Source: an uncultured Candidatus Nemicrothrix sp. (GTDB taxonomy: Bacteria > Actinomycetota > Acidimicrobiia > Acidimicrobiales > UBA8592). Taken from it: a stretch of 64,000 bases of DNA. The stretch spans positions 25,366 through 89,365 of the forward strand of contig CAJWRY010000001.1 in the NCBI GenBank assembly GCA_913046155.1, written 5' to 3'. The notes beneath the pieces were generated by a model that searched no databases, was not told the DNA's origin, and saw only the letters and a program-made list of their open reading frames with translations. Positions 37,292 to 46,211 of this stretch are shown one piece after another. Positions within the stretch are counted from its first letter, which is position 1. The number at the start of each line of letters is the position of its first letter. The translations under genes and the position numbers were made by a program.

Positions 37292-38737
37292 TCAGTTCGT
37301 GGGGATTTCAAAGTCAAGCCATAATTCTCGTATGGAGCCAAGCCCTATAGGGGCAAGAGAAACACCATCTATGTCTTTAGGCATACGCTCCTTATTGATA
37401 CGAACATTCCGAAATGCGGATTCGAGAATTTGCGAACCTATGACAGTTTCTTGATGAGAGATCCATGCTCCAGGACATAAGTGTGGGCCCACTCCAAAGG
37501 CCATATGACTGCACTTTCCTTCTTTGTTATAACCTGACCGCAAAATTTTACCCGAATATAGATCGTCACGGAAGATATTGAATTCCTCGGGATTCAAAAA
37601 TATTCTCTCGTCATGGTTTGCTGATACATCAACCATATGGATTAGGGATCCGGAAGGGATTGTGACTCCATGCATTACTATCTCATTAGTGTTGTGCCTT
37701 GGTTGGCCACCAATTGAGGTTGAATGCCTGAGCATTTCATGAAAAGCGGTATCCCAAAGTTCTTCGTTTCTTTGAACTGCTTGATACTGGTCCTTATGCT
37801 GGAGTAACAAATACCACAAATTCATTATTGCTCCTCGTGTAGTTTCTCCGCCTCCACCCACTACCAAAGCTATAAATGAAGTTATTTCTTCTGTAGACAT
37901 GACATCGCCGTCAATTTCAGAATTGCACAGCTCCGAAATGATATCCATGCATATCTCTTGACCTGACTCATCTTCCAAGTAGGTTGGGTTACCTCTCTTC
38001 TCTTCGACAAGATCTTCTACATAGTTTTCTAAGTCTTGCCGTGCCTCAAGTCCTTCGTGATGTGTCTCTGACCCACCTAGCCCAGACATCATAGCATCGT
38101 ACCACCAGGTAAATTGCTGCCTTGCATCTTGCGGTATCCCAAGCACCTCTGCAACGACACTGATAGGGAACTCGTTTGCAAAGGCTTTTCCTAATTCCAG
38201 CGTCGCTATCCCCCTCTCATTGTCAATAATGAGATCTTTAGGGTTATCTTGTGACCACCATTCTTGAATTAATTCCTGAGCGATTTCCTCAAGAGCGTGC
38301 AATCTCTTGGTGAGTGCTGCTCCAACTAAATGACGGCCGTATATGTTTCTTCGTCTGCGGTGTTCTATTCCACTCAATTCAAGTTGCGTATTACCCAATA
38401 CTCCACTTGATGAGCCTTTAGGGATCGTGTTAAAGCCTAATTCATCAAAATAAGAATTTGTTATGTCCTCGTATCGAGTAACAAAGTAGCAATTATGTAG
38501 TTCGTCGTGAAAAACCGGATAATGATCTCTCATTATTTTGTAGTAGGGATATGGGTTGCGCCCAAACTCTCCACTGTCAAATATGCGTGGATCAATGAGT
38601 GGTACTCCATTCTCGTCGAAGCCCATGTCAACTGCTTCCCCTACTGGCATATGTGGGAATTTTCTTTGAGCTGCCTCGTGGTTTTCTTCGAAATTCAAGA
38701 TTTCGTTCATTGCGTAATTTGTTGATTCTCTAGCCAT
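37292..38737 (-). CDS. Cytochrome P450 with long N-terminal extension
   Basis: GGGETT, HEMLR, HMAFGVGPHLCPG. Confidence 0.93.
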   Translation of the reverse strand: MARESTNYAMNEILNFEENHEAAQRKFPHMPVGEAVDMGFDENGVPLIDPRIFDSGEFGRNPYPYYKIMRDHYPVFHDELHNCYFVTRYEDITNSYFDELGFNTIPKGSSSGVLGNTQLELSGIEHRRRRNIYGRHLVGAALTKRLHALEEIAQELIQEWWSQDNPKDLIIDNERGIATLELGKAFANEFPISVVAEVLGIPQDARQQFTWWYDAMMSGLGGSETHHEGLEARQDLENYVEDLVEEKRGNPTYLEDESGQEICMDIISELCNSEIDGDVMSTEEITSFIALVVGGGGETTRGAIMNLWYLLLQHKDQYQAVQRNEELWDTAFHEMLRHSTSIGGQPRHNTNEIVMHGVTIPSGSLIHMVDVSANHDERIFLNPEEFNIFRDDLYSGKILRSGYNKEGKCSHMAFGVGPHLCPGAWISHQETVIGSQILESAFRNVRINKERMPKDIDGVSLAPIGLGSIRELWLDFEIPTN

Positions 38738-38788
38738 AGCGCCTCAGGTTAGTAGGTGAATTCTCTCCGCTCCATCTTCATTCAAAAA

Positions 38789-39976
38789 TCAAGGAACAAT
38801 TCCATCTTCTTTCAAAAGGTCCCTATGTGATTTTCCAATACCTAATTCAGTCATTATCTCATCAGCATGCTCATTCAAGATCGGAGCACTAGCTAAGTTT
38901 GTGAGCTTAGTTTTGCTAAATAATGTTGAGTGTCGAGGCGTTCGAACTTTTCCGGCTGTGGGGTGCTCCCACTCATAGAACGTCTGATTATGGCGTATTT
39001 GGGGATTGTCAAAAGTCTCTGCTATCTCCGTTACTTCACCGCATGGGACGGAGTGTTCATGTAACTTCCCAGCTATATGATGCGTGTCGAACTCTCTGAA
39101 AGCATCAGCTATCAGGGTCCCCAATATTTCATTGTTATTGTCAGTATGGCGCGCTTCGCGTGTAGCAAATCTTGGATCAGTAAACCACTCTGGATGGCCA
39201 AGGGATTGATAGAGACCTTTAATTTGGCTATCGGTAACTGCAAAGTACACGATGTGGCCATTTTTAGTTTCAGTCATGTTCATGAGTCGACTAAGATGAG
39301 TACCTGGTTCGACATCTTCGTCAAGCAAAGTTTCAGCCATCCCTCCATCGGGCCAAAGGAAAGATATAGCTACATCGACCATAGCTATCTGCAGTTCTTG
39401 ACCTCCACTGCCTTTCTCTCTAGCAAAAAGCGCTGCTGTTACAGATAAAGCGATTTCCCAGGCAACTGCTTTATCAATGATTGCTGTTCGCATCAGGTCA
39501 GGAAATGGAATTTCAGGGTTAACCTGCAAACTCACATACCCACATTGTGCTTGCAGAACTGGGTCATATACGGCCCGTCCAGAATACGGGCCATCTTGTC
39601 CGTAACCGGAAAGTGAAACATAAATAGCAGAGGGGTTAATTTTGCTAATTGACTTATAGTCAAGTCCAAGGTTTTCTATCTTGCCCGGCCTCATGGACTG
39701 CACAACAACATCGGCACCCCGAATAAGATCTAAGGCGACTTCTTGCCCTTTCGTTTCTTTCAAATTTATCTGTATGGAACGCTTACCTCGATTACAGTTT
39801 AGAACTGCGCTATTCATGCCTCCCTTAGAAAATCCGGAACTGCGCGTAATGTCCCCAATTCCAGGATACTCAACCTTTATGACGTCAGCCCCAAGCTCAG
39901 CCAATAACATTGTTGCTACTGGCCCAGCAACAACTTGCGTGAAATCAACGATTTTAATTCCCTCTAATGGACCCAT
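38789..39976 (-). CDS. CaiB/BaiF family III CoA-transferase
   Basis: GPLEGIKIVDF...AGP...LAELGADVIKVE, NRGKRS, GYGQDGPY. Confidence 0.92.
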   Translation of the reverse strand: MGPLEGIKIVDFTQVVAGPVATMLLAELGADVIKVEYPGIGDITRSSGFSKGGMNSAVLNCNRGKRSIQINLKETKGQEVALDLIRGADVVVQSMRPGKIENLGLDYKSISKINPSAIYVSLSGYGQDGPYSGRAVYDPVLQAQCGYVSLQVNPEIPFPDLMRTAIIDKAVAWEIALSVTAALFAREKGSGGQELQIAMVDVAISFLWPDGGMAETLLDEDVEPGTHLSRLMNMTETKNGHIVYFAVTDSQIKGLYQSLGHPEWFTDPRFATREARHTDNNNEILGTLIADAFREFDTHHIAGKLHEHSVPCGEVTEIAETFDNPQIRHNQTFYEWEHPTAGKVRTPRHSTLFSKTKLTNLASAPILNEHADEIMTELGIGKSHRDLLKEDGIVP

Positions 39977-39979
39977 AAC

Positions 39980-41197
39980 CTATCTCAGTGCTTGATAGAC
40001 GACAGCTTTGAGTTCTCTACGAATGGGATAAAAGCTTGATGGCATAAACTGTGTCATGAACACACAAGTCAGTTCTTCCTTAGGATCAACCCAGAATCTT
40101 GTGCTTGCTGCCCCACCCCAAGCAAATTGCCCCTGTGACCCTAGAGCCGCGTTAGCTATTGGGTCTTGCAGAACTGAAAATCCTAAACCAAATCCCATTC
40201 CTTCCATAGCTGTCTCAGAAAATGTTGATTGCCCAAAGTCATTTAACGTTGTTTGGTTCGGCAAATGATTTGATGTCATGAACTCAAGTGTTTTACGCCC
40301 AATTACCCGCTTCCCTTCAAGTTCTCCACCATTCATTAGCATGGTTACGAATCTTTGGTAGTCATCAGTAGTTGATACGAGCCCACCACCTCCAGATAAG
40401 AAGGTTGGTTTTGCAAGATAATGACTTGACTCCCAATTATCGATTCTCGTTAACGGATTTTCTTTGGTGAACGCATAATTTGAAGTGAAGCGATCTATAT
40501 TCTCATCACTGACTTGAAACGCAGTATCTATCATTCCTAACGGTGTAGTTATGTGCTGTGAAATATATTCATCAAGAAATATTCCGCTTATAACTTCGAC
40601 GAGCCGTCCGCAAACATCAGTTGACATTGAGTAATTCCAACTTGTTCCGGGATCAAACAAAAGAGGCATCTCTGATAGACGCTTAACTGTTTCCTCAAGG
40701 TTAGGTTGCTGATCATCATTCAGACGCATCGCTATGCTTCCCAAATTTGAGCTCCTGTACATTTTGTCCAAGTTGTTTGAAAAGTGAAAGGCATATGTCA
40801 GTCCGGATGTGTGCATTAACATATCGCGCATGGTTAGCGGAGTCTGCGCAGGACGCAGAACAGGATTTAAGTATGAACCTCCGATTAATACCTGAGGGTC
40901 AGAGAATTCAGGCAGAAATTTCTCTACCTTATCCTCAAGAAGAAAGAGTCCCTGTTCATAAAGTTGCATTAAGGCAATAGAGGTAATCGGTTTCGTCATT
41001 GAATAAATACGAAAGACCGAATTATCCTGGAGATCACGACCTGTCTCGATATCTGCTTTTCCAACGGTATGCCGAAGAACAACTTCGCCACGGTGACTTA
41101 TCTGGACTTGAGCACAAGGGAATTTATTATCACTGACGTAACGGTCGCATAATTCAGTCACACGATTTAATCTTTTGCCATCAAATCCAGTACTCAT
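39980..41197 (-). CDS. Serine hydrolase, beta-lactamase class C-like esterase
   Basis: FRIYSMTK (SxxK), HTSGL, W.YS, WGGAA. Confidence 0.9.
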   Translation of the reverse strand: MSTGFDGKRLNRVTELCDRYVSDNKFPCAQVQISHRGEVVLRHTVGKADIETGRDLQDNSVFRIYSMTKPITSIALMQLYEQGLFLLEDKVEKFLPEFSDPQVLIGGSYLNPVLRPAQTPLTMRDMLMHTSGLTYAFHFSNNLDKMYRSSNLGSIAMRLNDDQQPNLEETVKRLSEMPLLFDPGTSWNYSMSTDVCGRLVEVISGIFLDEYISQHITTPLGMIDTAFQVSDENIDRFTSNYAFTKENPLTRIDNWESSHYLAKPTFLSGGGGLVSTTDDYQRFVTMLMNGGELEGKRVIGRKTLEFMTSNHLPNQTTLNDFGQSTFSETAMEGMGFGLGFSVLQDPIANAALGSQGQFAWGGAASTRFWVDPKEELTCVFMTQFMPSSFYPIRRELKAVVYQALR

Positions 41198-41276
41198 TTC
41201 GCTCCCTTAAAAGCCTTTTATACGACTAAAGTCTAGACTGACATAATTCATTCCTTAAAATAGCGAGTTTATTAAT

Positions 41277-42971
41277 ATGACGTCAGATGTTGAACAACAG
41301 CCAAAGAAGGCGGATTTCATCAGAGATTCGGTCAAAGCTGACATATCTTCGCAAAGGCACTCCGGCAGGGTTCAGACCAGATTTCCACCTGAGCCAAACG
41401 GCTACTTACATGTAGGGCACGCTAAATCAATATGTCTTAATTTTGGCATTGCTGAAGAGTTTGGCGGACTTTGCAACTTACGTTTTGATGACACGAATCC
41501 TGAGACGGAAAATGTTGAGTTCGTAAATTCAATTCATCATGATATTGAATGGCTCCTTGGCAAGGCATTATCTACCGACCCAGTATTTGCTTCCGATTAT
41601 TTTGAGAATATGTTTGAGTGGGCAATCACACTGATTACAAAAGGCAAGGCATACGTAGATGACCAAGATGCCACCACAATTTCTGAGCTAAGGGGTTCTT
41701 ATACGAAAGCCGGTGTGGATAGTCCTTTCCGAGAAAGGAGTCCTGAGGAGAATCTAGAACTATTCCTAAAGATGAGAGACGGCGGATTTCCTGAGGGTAG
41801 TTGTGTCCTAAGAGCCAAAATAGCCATGGATCATGAAAATATGAATATGCGTGACCCTGTTCTCTACCGGATCAGGAAGAAGTCTCACTTCCGCACCGGT
41901 AGCAAATGGGTTATTTACCCTACCTATGATTGGGCACATGGCCAGTCAGATGCATTAGAGAAGGTAACGCATTCCCTCTGCACGCTTGAATTTGAGTCTC
42001 ATAGATTGCTATACGATTGGTTTCTCGATCAACTTGAAGTGCCATTTGCTCAACGGCCTTACCAAACTGAATTTGCTCGACTAAATTTCACTCATACTGT
42101 CTTATCTAAACGGCTTTTAAAGAAACTAGTTGAGGATGAAGTGGTTGAAGGTTGGGATGACCCACGAATGCCAACAATTTCTGGCCTGAGAAGAAGGGGC
42201 TACCCATCAAAATCTATACGAGACTTTTGCCAACATATCGGAATAGCGAAGACCAACAGTACTCATGAAATTGAACTTTTAGAGTCATTTGTTAGAACTG
42301 AACTCAATCAATCCTCACAAAGGAGAATGGCGGTGATTGACCCCGTAAGACTAACGATCACGAACTGGCCGGAAGGAACGACTGAATATAGGACTGCAAT
42401 TAATAATCCAGAGGACGAGAGTGCGGGAACAAGAGAGGTACCTTTCTCTGGGCAACTTTTCATAGAGCGCGAGGACTTCATGGAAGATCCACCAGCGAAA
42501 TTCTTCCGCTTGTCACCAGGTAGAGAGGTTCGACTACGGTATGGATACTTTGTAACATGCACAGACATCGTAAAAGATAAGTCTGGAAAAGTCGTAGAGA
42601 TTCTTTGCACATATGACCCTGAAACTAGTGGCGGAAAAGCTCCTGACGGGCGAAAGGTCAAGGCGACAATACATTGGGTTGAGCAGACTAATTGCATTAG
42701 AGGTTCGGTAGCTACATACGATCGCCTATTCTCCTCTGAGAGACCTGATTTACTTGACGACCCTTTCGAGGACTTGAATAAAGAGTCCTTAAAAATTCTT
42801 GAATCTGCTGTTTTCGAACCAGCAGTAGCTGACATAGCAAACGGTGAGGCAGTTCAATTTGAAAGACTCGGGTACTTCTGCCGTGACGAATCCCAATTAA
42901 ACCTTTTCCATCGCACCGTCGGACTCCGAGATGAGTGGGCTAACATCCAAAAACGCAACAAATCTAAATAG
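41277..42971 (+). CDS. glnS: Glutamine--tRNA ligase
   Basis: TRFPPEPNGYLHVGHAKSICLNFG, YPTYDWAH, THSLCTLEF, VLSKR, GWDDPRMPT, QFERLGYF. Confidence 0.95.
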   Translation: MTSDVEQQPKKADFIRDSVKADISSQRHSGRVQTRFPPEPNGYLHVGHAKSICLNFGIAEEFGGLCNLRFDDTNPETENVEFVNSIHHDIEWLLGKALSTDPVFASDYFENMFEWAITLITKGKAYVDDQDATTISELRGSYTKAGVDSPFRERSPEENLELFLKMRDGGFPEGSCVLRAKIAMDHENMNMRDPVLYRIRKKSHFRTGSKWVIYPTYDWAHGQSDALEKVTHSLCTLEFESHRLLYDWFLDQLEVPFAQRPYQTEFARLNFTHTVLSKRLLKKLVEDEVVEGWDDPRMPTISGLRRRGYPSKSIRDFCQHIGIAKTNSTHEIELLESFVRTELNQSSQRRMAVIDPVRLTITNWPEGTTEYRTAINNPEDESAGTREVPFSGQLFIEREDFMEDPPAKFFRLSPGREVRLRYGYFVTCTDIVKDKSGKVVEILCTYDPETSGGKAPDGRKVKATIHWVEQTNCIRGSVATYDRLFSSERPDLLDDPFEDLNKESLKILESAVFEPAVADIANGEAVQFERLGYFCRDESQLNLFHRTVGLRDEWANIQKRNKSK

Positions 42972-44145
42972 CAGCTCGTTCTTCTGGGGTTCGCACTCTT
43001 CCATCTCCATGATTGAAGAGAACATCGTTATAGCCTTTGCCTTCAGGCAGAGCATTTAAGTACTCAGATTTATGGAAACTTACGTAAACAGTTCGTCGGC
43101 ACTTACCTGATTTAGTTGGCGGTGGGGCTACATGCAATGTATGCCCGTAGTGGATAGTTACATCTCCTGGACTTGCAGAGATTGGAACAGCTTTATCACT
43201 CACCTCAGCAACGTCTAGACCGCCAGAGTAACGATGTGATCCCGGCAGAAATATCAGTTGCCCGGACTCCTCGTTAGCCTCATCAAGTTGAACCCCAATG
43301 TTTAAACCAGGACAAATGAGAGGGTGGCCTCCCATTCCACAATCACGATGCCATGGAAGGTCAGATAGTCCCTGCTCTATTTCAGGAACTTTCATTACAA
43401 CAGAGATACCGTCGCCATGATCTGGAGTTGGGAACAATTTCTCTTCTGCAAGACTTGCGAGATTTAGTAAACGTTCATCGTTTGGCAATTGTGAAAACTG
43501 GTCTGAGCCTATATTGAGGTACGTAACTCTGCAGCAGTGTTCATCTCCACTTTTATCTGTTGCCCACCAAGATCTCTTATCTTCCACGGACGCTGCTGAC
43601 TTCCGTTCCTCGATTTCGCTTGACATGAGTTCTATCTCATTAGCGCTGAAGACATTCTTAACCAGAATAAACCCCAGTTTACTTAATGAATCCCGCATTT
43701 TTCTGCGATCAGAACCGTAGTCAAATACGTGGGATCCTTCGCTAGGTATATCCTCATTAGAAAAGATTGGGCGGCTGTTATAAAGAGCTTGAAGAGGCGC
43801 TTCCCATGCAGCTACGTGATTAAATTGACCTGCAATAAGTGAAATTTTATTTTGCAAAATCAAACCCATCATGGACCAAGATTCACTTGCAAGATTTTCC
43901 CACGTTTCTCTATCAGTGCGTAAGATTACCTTCGCTTCATCAGCATTTTTGTCTAACTCTATTCCTTTATTAGTAGAAGAGAGCCTGAACTCATGATTTT
44001 CACCTAATTTCACGCCAAGAGACCGCCCAATTCCAACAGAGAGCGCCGCTTGCTTTCCAAGCGTTCCTCCACCGGCTTCATTAAGTACATGTTCATGAAG
44101 TTCTGCGATACTGCGCTGGGGAAAGAATGTGGCATCAACTTGCAT
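42964..44145 (-). CDS. PhyH-family Fe(II)/2OG dioxygenase with an extra N-terminal (SCP2-like?) domain
   Basis: WHRD, G.L..LPGSH, PGDVTIH...TLH, RR; about 140 aa N-terminal extension. Confidence 0.8.
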   Translation of the reverse strand: MQVDATFFPQRSIAELHEHVLNEAGGGTLGKQAALSVGIGRSLGVKLGENHEFRLSSTNKGIELDKNADEAKVILRTDRETWENLASESWSMMGLILQNKISLIAGQFNHVAAWEAPLQALYNSRPIFSNEDIPSEGSHVFDYGSDRRKMRDSLSKLGFILVKNVFSANEIELMSSEIEERKSAASVEDKRSWWATDKSGDEHCCRVTYLNIGSDQFSQLPNDERLLNLASLAEEKLFPTPDHGDGISVVMKVPEIEQGLSDLPWHRDCGMGGHPLICPGLNIGVQLDEANEESGQLIFLPGSHRYSGGLDVAEVSDKAVPISASPGDVTIHYGHTLHVAPPPTKSGKCRRTVYVSFHKSEYLNALPEGKGYNDVLFNHGDGRVRTPEERAAI

Positions 44146-44202
44146 GCCCTAAGTGTACTCTCGTTAAGCTGGCTGAGAAATTCTTTCACTTTGGTTTAAT
44201 TT

Positions 44203-45120
44203 TTACAACCATTCAGACTTGAGGTGGTCCGGTATCGGTCGCACTCTAGGATACCAAGGAGAACGAAGAGGGTCACCTTCCTTTAGGGATAGAGAGAGCC
44301 CCGGTGTCAGAGGTACGGTTGGTTTCGTTTCTGGCCTGGTGGCATAACAGATATCGTCGCCATAAATTCTGATCGTGATAGCTCTTCTTCTTCCTGATGA
44401 TGACGTGGGGCCACCTCCATGAAGCACACTTGGGTGAGCAATAATGATATCCCCTGGGGTGATCTCCCATGACCGGATGTCATAGTCATCTCGGTGTTTT
44501 TCAATATCTGGTAGCGGTGGGTAGGAATCATCGTAGTGTGGGTGAGTTGGGTCTTCGGAAACTTTTGATGGGTTGAAACCATCGTAAATTAAACCTCTTT
44601 GTGAACCCGCCACATATTCTAAGCATTCTGCTTTAGTTAGGGCGTCTAGCGAAATCCAAGCTGAAGCTATCTGGTTTCCTTGTATTGGCCAGTAAGGGGT
44701 GTCTTGATGCCAAGGTGTTCGGGCGGCATTCCCCTTTTCTTTAATGAAAAATTCATCCGAATACAGCCACAAATTCTCAGATCCGATAAGTTTTCCGATC
44801 AGGTCCGCTACCGGAGAATCATAAACTAGTCTTCTGATCTCTGGGATGACTTCAAAGTTACGTATAGTCTCAATAAACTCGCCTTCTTCACCTTCAAAGA
44901 AAAGGTGCTTTTCTTGACTACTGTTGTTGAGTACTCGCTGCAGACCTAATTCTAGTAATAGAAGCCATTGAGGGTCGAGTGCGTTTTCCAACATGACAAC
45001 TCCATCACGTTTGAATGCTGCTTTAATGTCATCTGTGATAACGGCAAGCGGATCGTCCAAAGCGATTCTCTGAGGTGATTTTAAGTTAGAAGCTCGAATC
45101 CGTGAGTTTTTGTTTTCCAT
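44203..45120 (-). CDS. PhyH-family Fe(II)/2OG dioxygenase
   Basis: F.RDGVV, TPWHQD.PYW, PGD...H...LHG, RRA. Confidence 0.9.
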   Translation of the reverse strand: MENKNSRIRASNLKSPQRIALDDPLAVITDDIKAAFKRDGVVMLENALDPQWLLLLELGLQRVLNNSSQEKHLFFEGEEGEFIETIRNFEVIPEIRRLVYDSPVADLIGKLIGSENLWLYSDEFFIKEKGNAARTPWHQDTPYWPIQGNQIASAWISLDALTKAECLEYVAGSQRGLIYDGFNPSKVSEDPTHPHYDDSYPPLPDIEKHRDDYDIRSWEITPGDIIIAHPSVLHGGGPTSSSGRRRAITIRIYGDDICYATRPETKPTVPLTPGLSLSLKEGDPLRSPWYPRVRPIPDHLKSEWL

Positions 45121-45122
45121 GG

Positions 45123-45968
45123 TTATGACTGACGAAAATTTTGCATTAGGTCTCCAGGTAAAGACTCATCAAAGAATAACCTATCTTGAAATTTTCTCAT
45201 TCCAGAAAGCCATTTCTCGGGGTTTTTGGCTTTGAATTCTGTGTAACCTTGCACTTGGTCGTGAGGAAGTATCATAAAGCGCTCCTCTCTGATAGCTTCC
45301 ATACATAACTCAGCCACATCGTTTGGCTCTATGATTCCGTCCGAACTTGCTACTCCCCCTTCTTCCCATTCTGGGTCCTCATCTTCTTTGTTATCAGGGC
45401 TGTTTGTTAGGATGTCCGTTCTAACTGCTTGAGGACACAATACAGAAACTCTTATTCCTTGGTGAAAGTGGGTAATGGAGATCCATTCAGCTAAGGAAAC
45501 TGCTGCGCTTTTAGTTATTGAGTAGGAAAGGGAGCCTATTTGAGTGAGCAACCCAGCTGCAGAGGCAGTATTTAAGAGGTAGCCACCACCGTTAGCGATC
45601 ATTTGTGGCAAGACAGCGCGAGCCGCATAAATATGAGCCATTACATGGACTTCCCACATCTTTTGGATACGTTCGTTCGTGTCTTCTAAACCTGCTGATG
45701 TAACAAATCCAGCGTTTGAACAGAACAAATCTATCGGTCCATGATCATGCTCAATCGTGGCTACCATCTTTTGGATTTGGTTTTCATTGGAGACATCAAC
45801 CTCGTGAGATATTCCGTTAATCTTTTCCGCTACTTTGGTAGCATTCTCACCATTCTTGTCGGCAACGATAACTATGCGAGCGTTTCTGCTAGCCGCGACT
45901 TCAGCGAGAGCAGCTCCAATACCTGCTCCGGCACCGGTAACTACTACTACTTTCCCTTCAATTTCCAT
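45123..45968 (-). CDS. SDR family oxidoreductase
   Basis: TGAGAGIG, CSNAG, NTASAAG, YSITK. Confidence 0.92.
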   Translation of the reverse strand: MEIEGKVVVVTGAGAGIGAALAEVAASRNARIVIVADKNGENATKVAEKINGISHEVDVSNENQIQKMVATIEHDHGPIDLFCSNAGFVTSAGLEDTNERIQKMWEVHVMAHIYAARAVLPQMIANGGGYLLNTASAAGLLTQIGSLSYSITKSAAVSLAEWISITHFHQGIRVSVLCPQAVRTDILTNSPDNKEDEDPEWEEGGVASSDGIIEPNDVAELCMEAIREERFMILPHDQVQGYTEFKAKNPEKWLSGMRKFQDRLFFDESLPGDLMQNFRQS

Positions 45969-46082
45969 GGATCTCTTCTTTCTATAGGCATGTTCTTCAA
46001 TAGAAATACGTTTTCACGTTAATTCAAGTAAAGATGACTTTTTCAAATTCGGCGAATAAAAGACATTTTTCATTTTTTTCAG

Positions 46083-46170
46083 TACAATGTAAGTGCTGTG
46101 GCGTTATCACGTGACTTTACCCGAGAGTATTGTCCGTGAATTACGTAGCGGCTCGGACCCAAGGGTTCGA
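46083..46170 (+). promoter_or_regulatory. Putative -10 box (TACAAT) followed by a two-hairpin 5' leader of the SNF2 gene
   Basis: TACAAT 46083-88; interrupted hairpin 46095-46152 (TCACG/CGTGA, GAC/GTC, TAC/GTA) and TCGGACC-[CAAG]-GGTTCGA 46153-46170. Confidence 0.4.
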
Positions 46171-46211
46171 ATAAACAAGGAGAATACGTTATTAATAAAG
46201 GTAGTTCTGAC

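Noticed and set aside
39980-41197. Beta-lactam resistance gene
   Set aside because: SxxK family member of the esterase-like type in a catabolic operon; nothing supports beta-lactamase activity.
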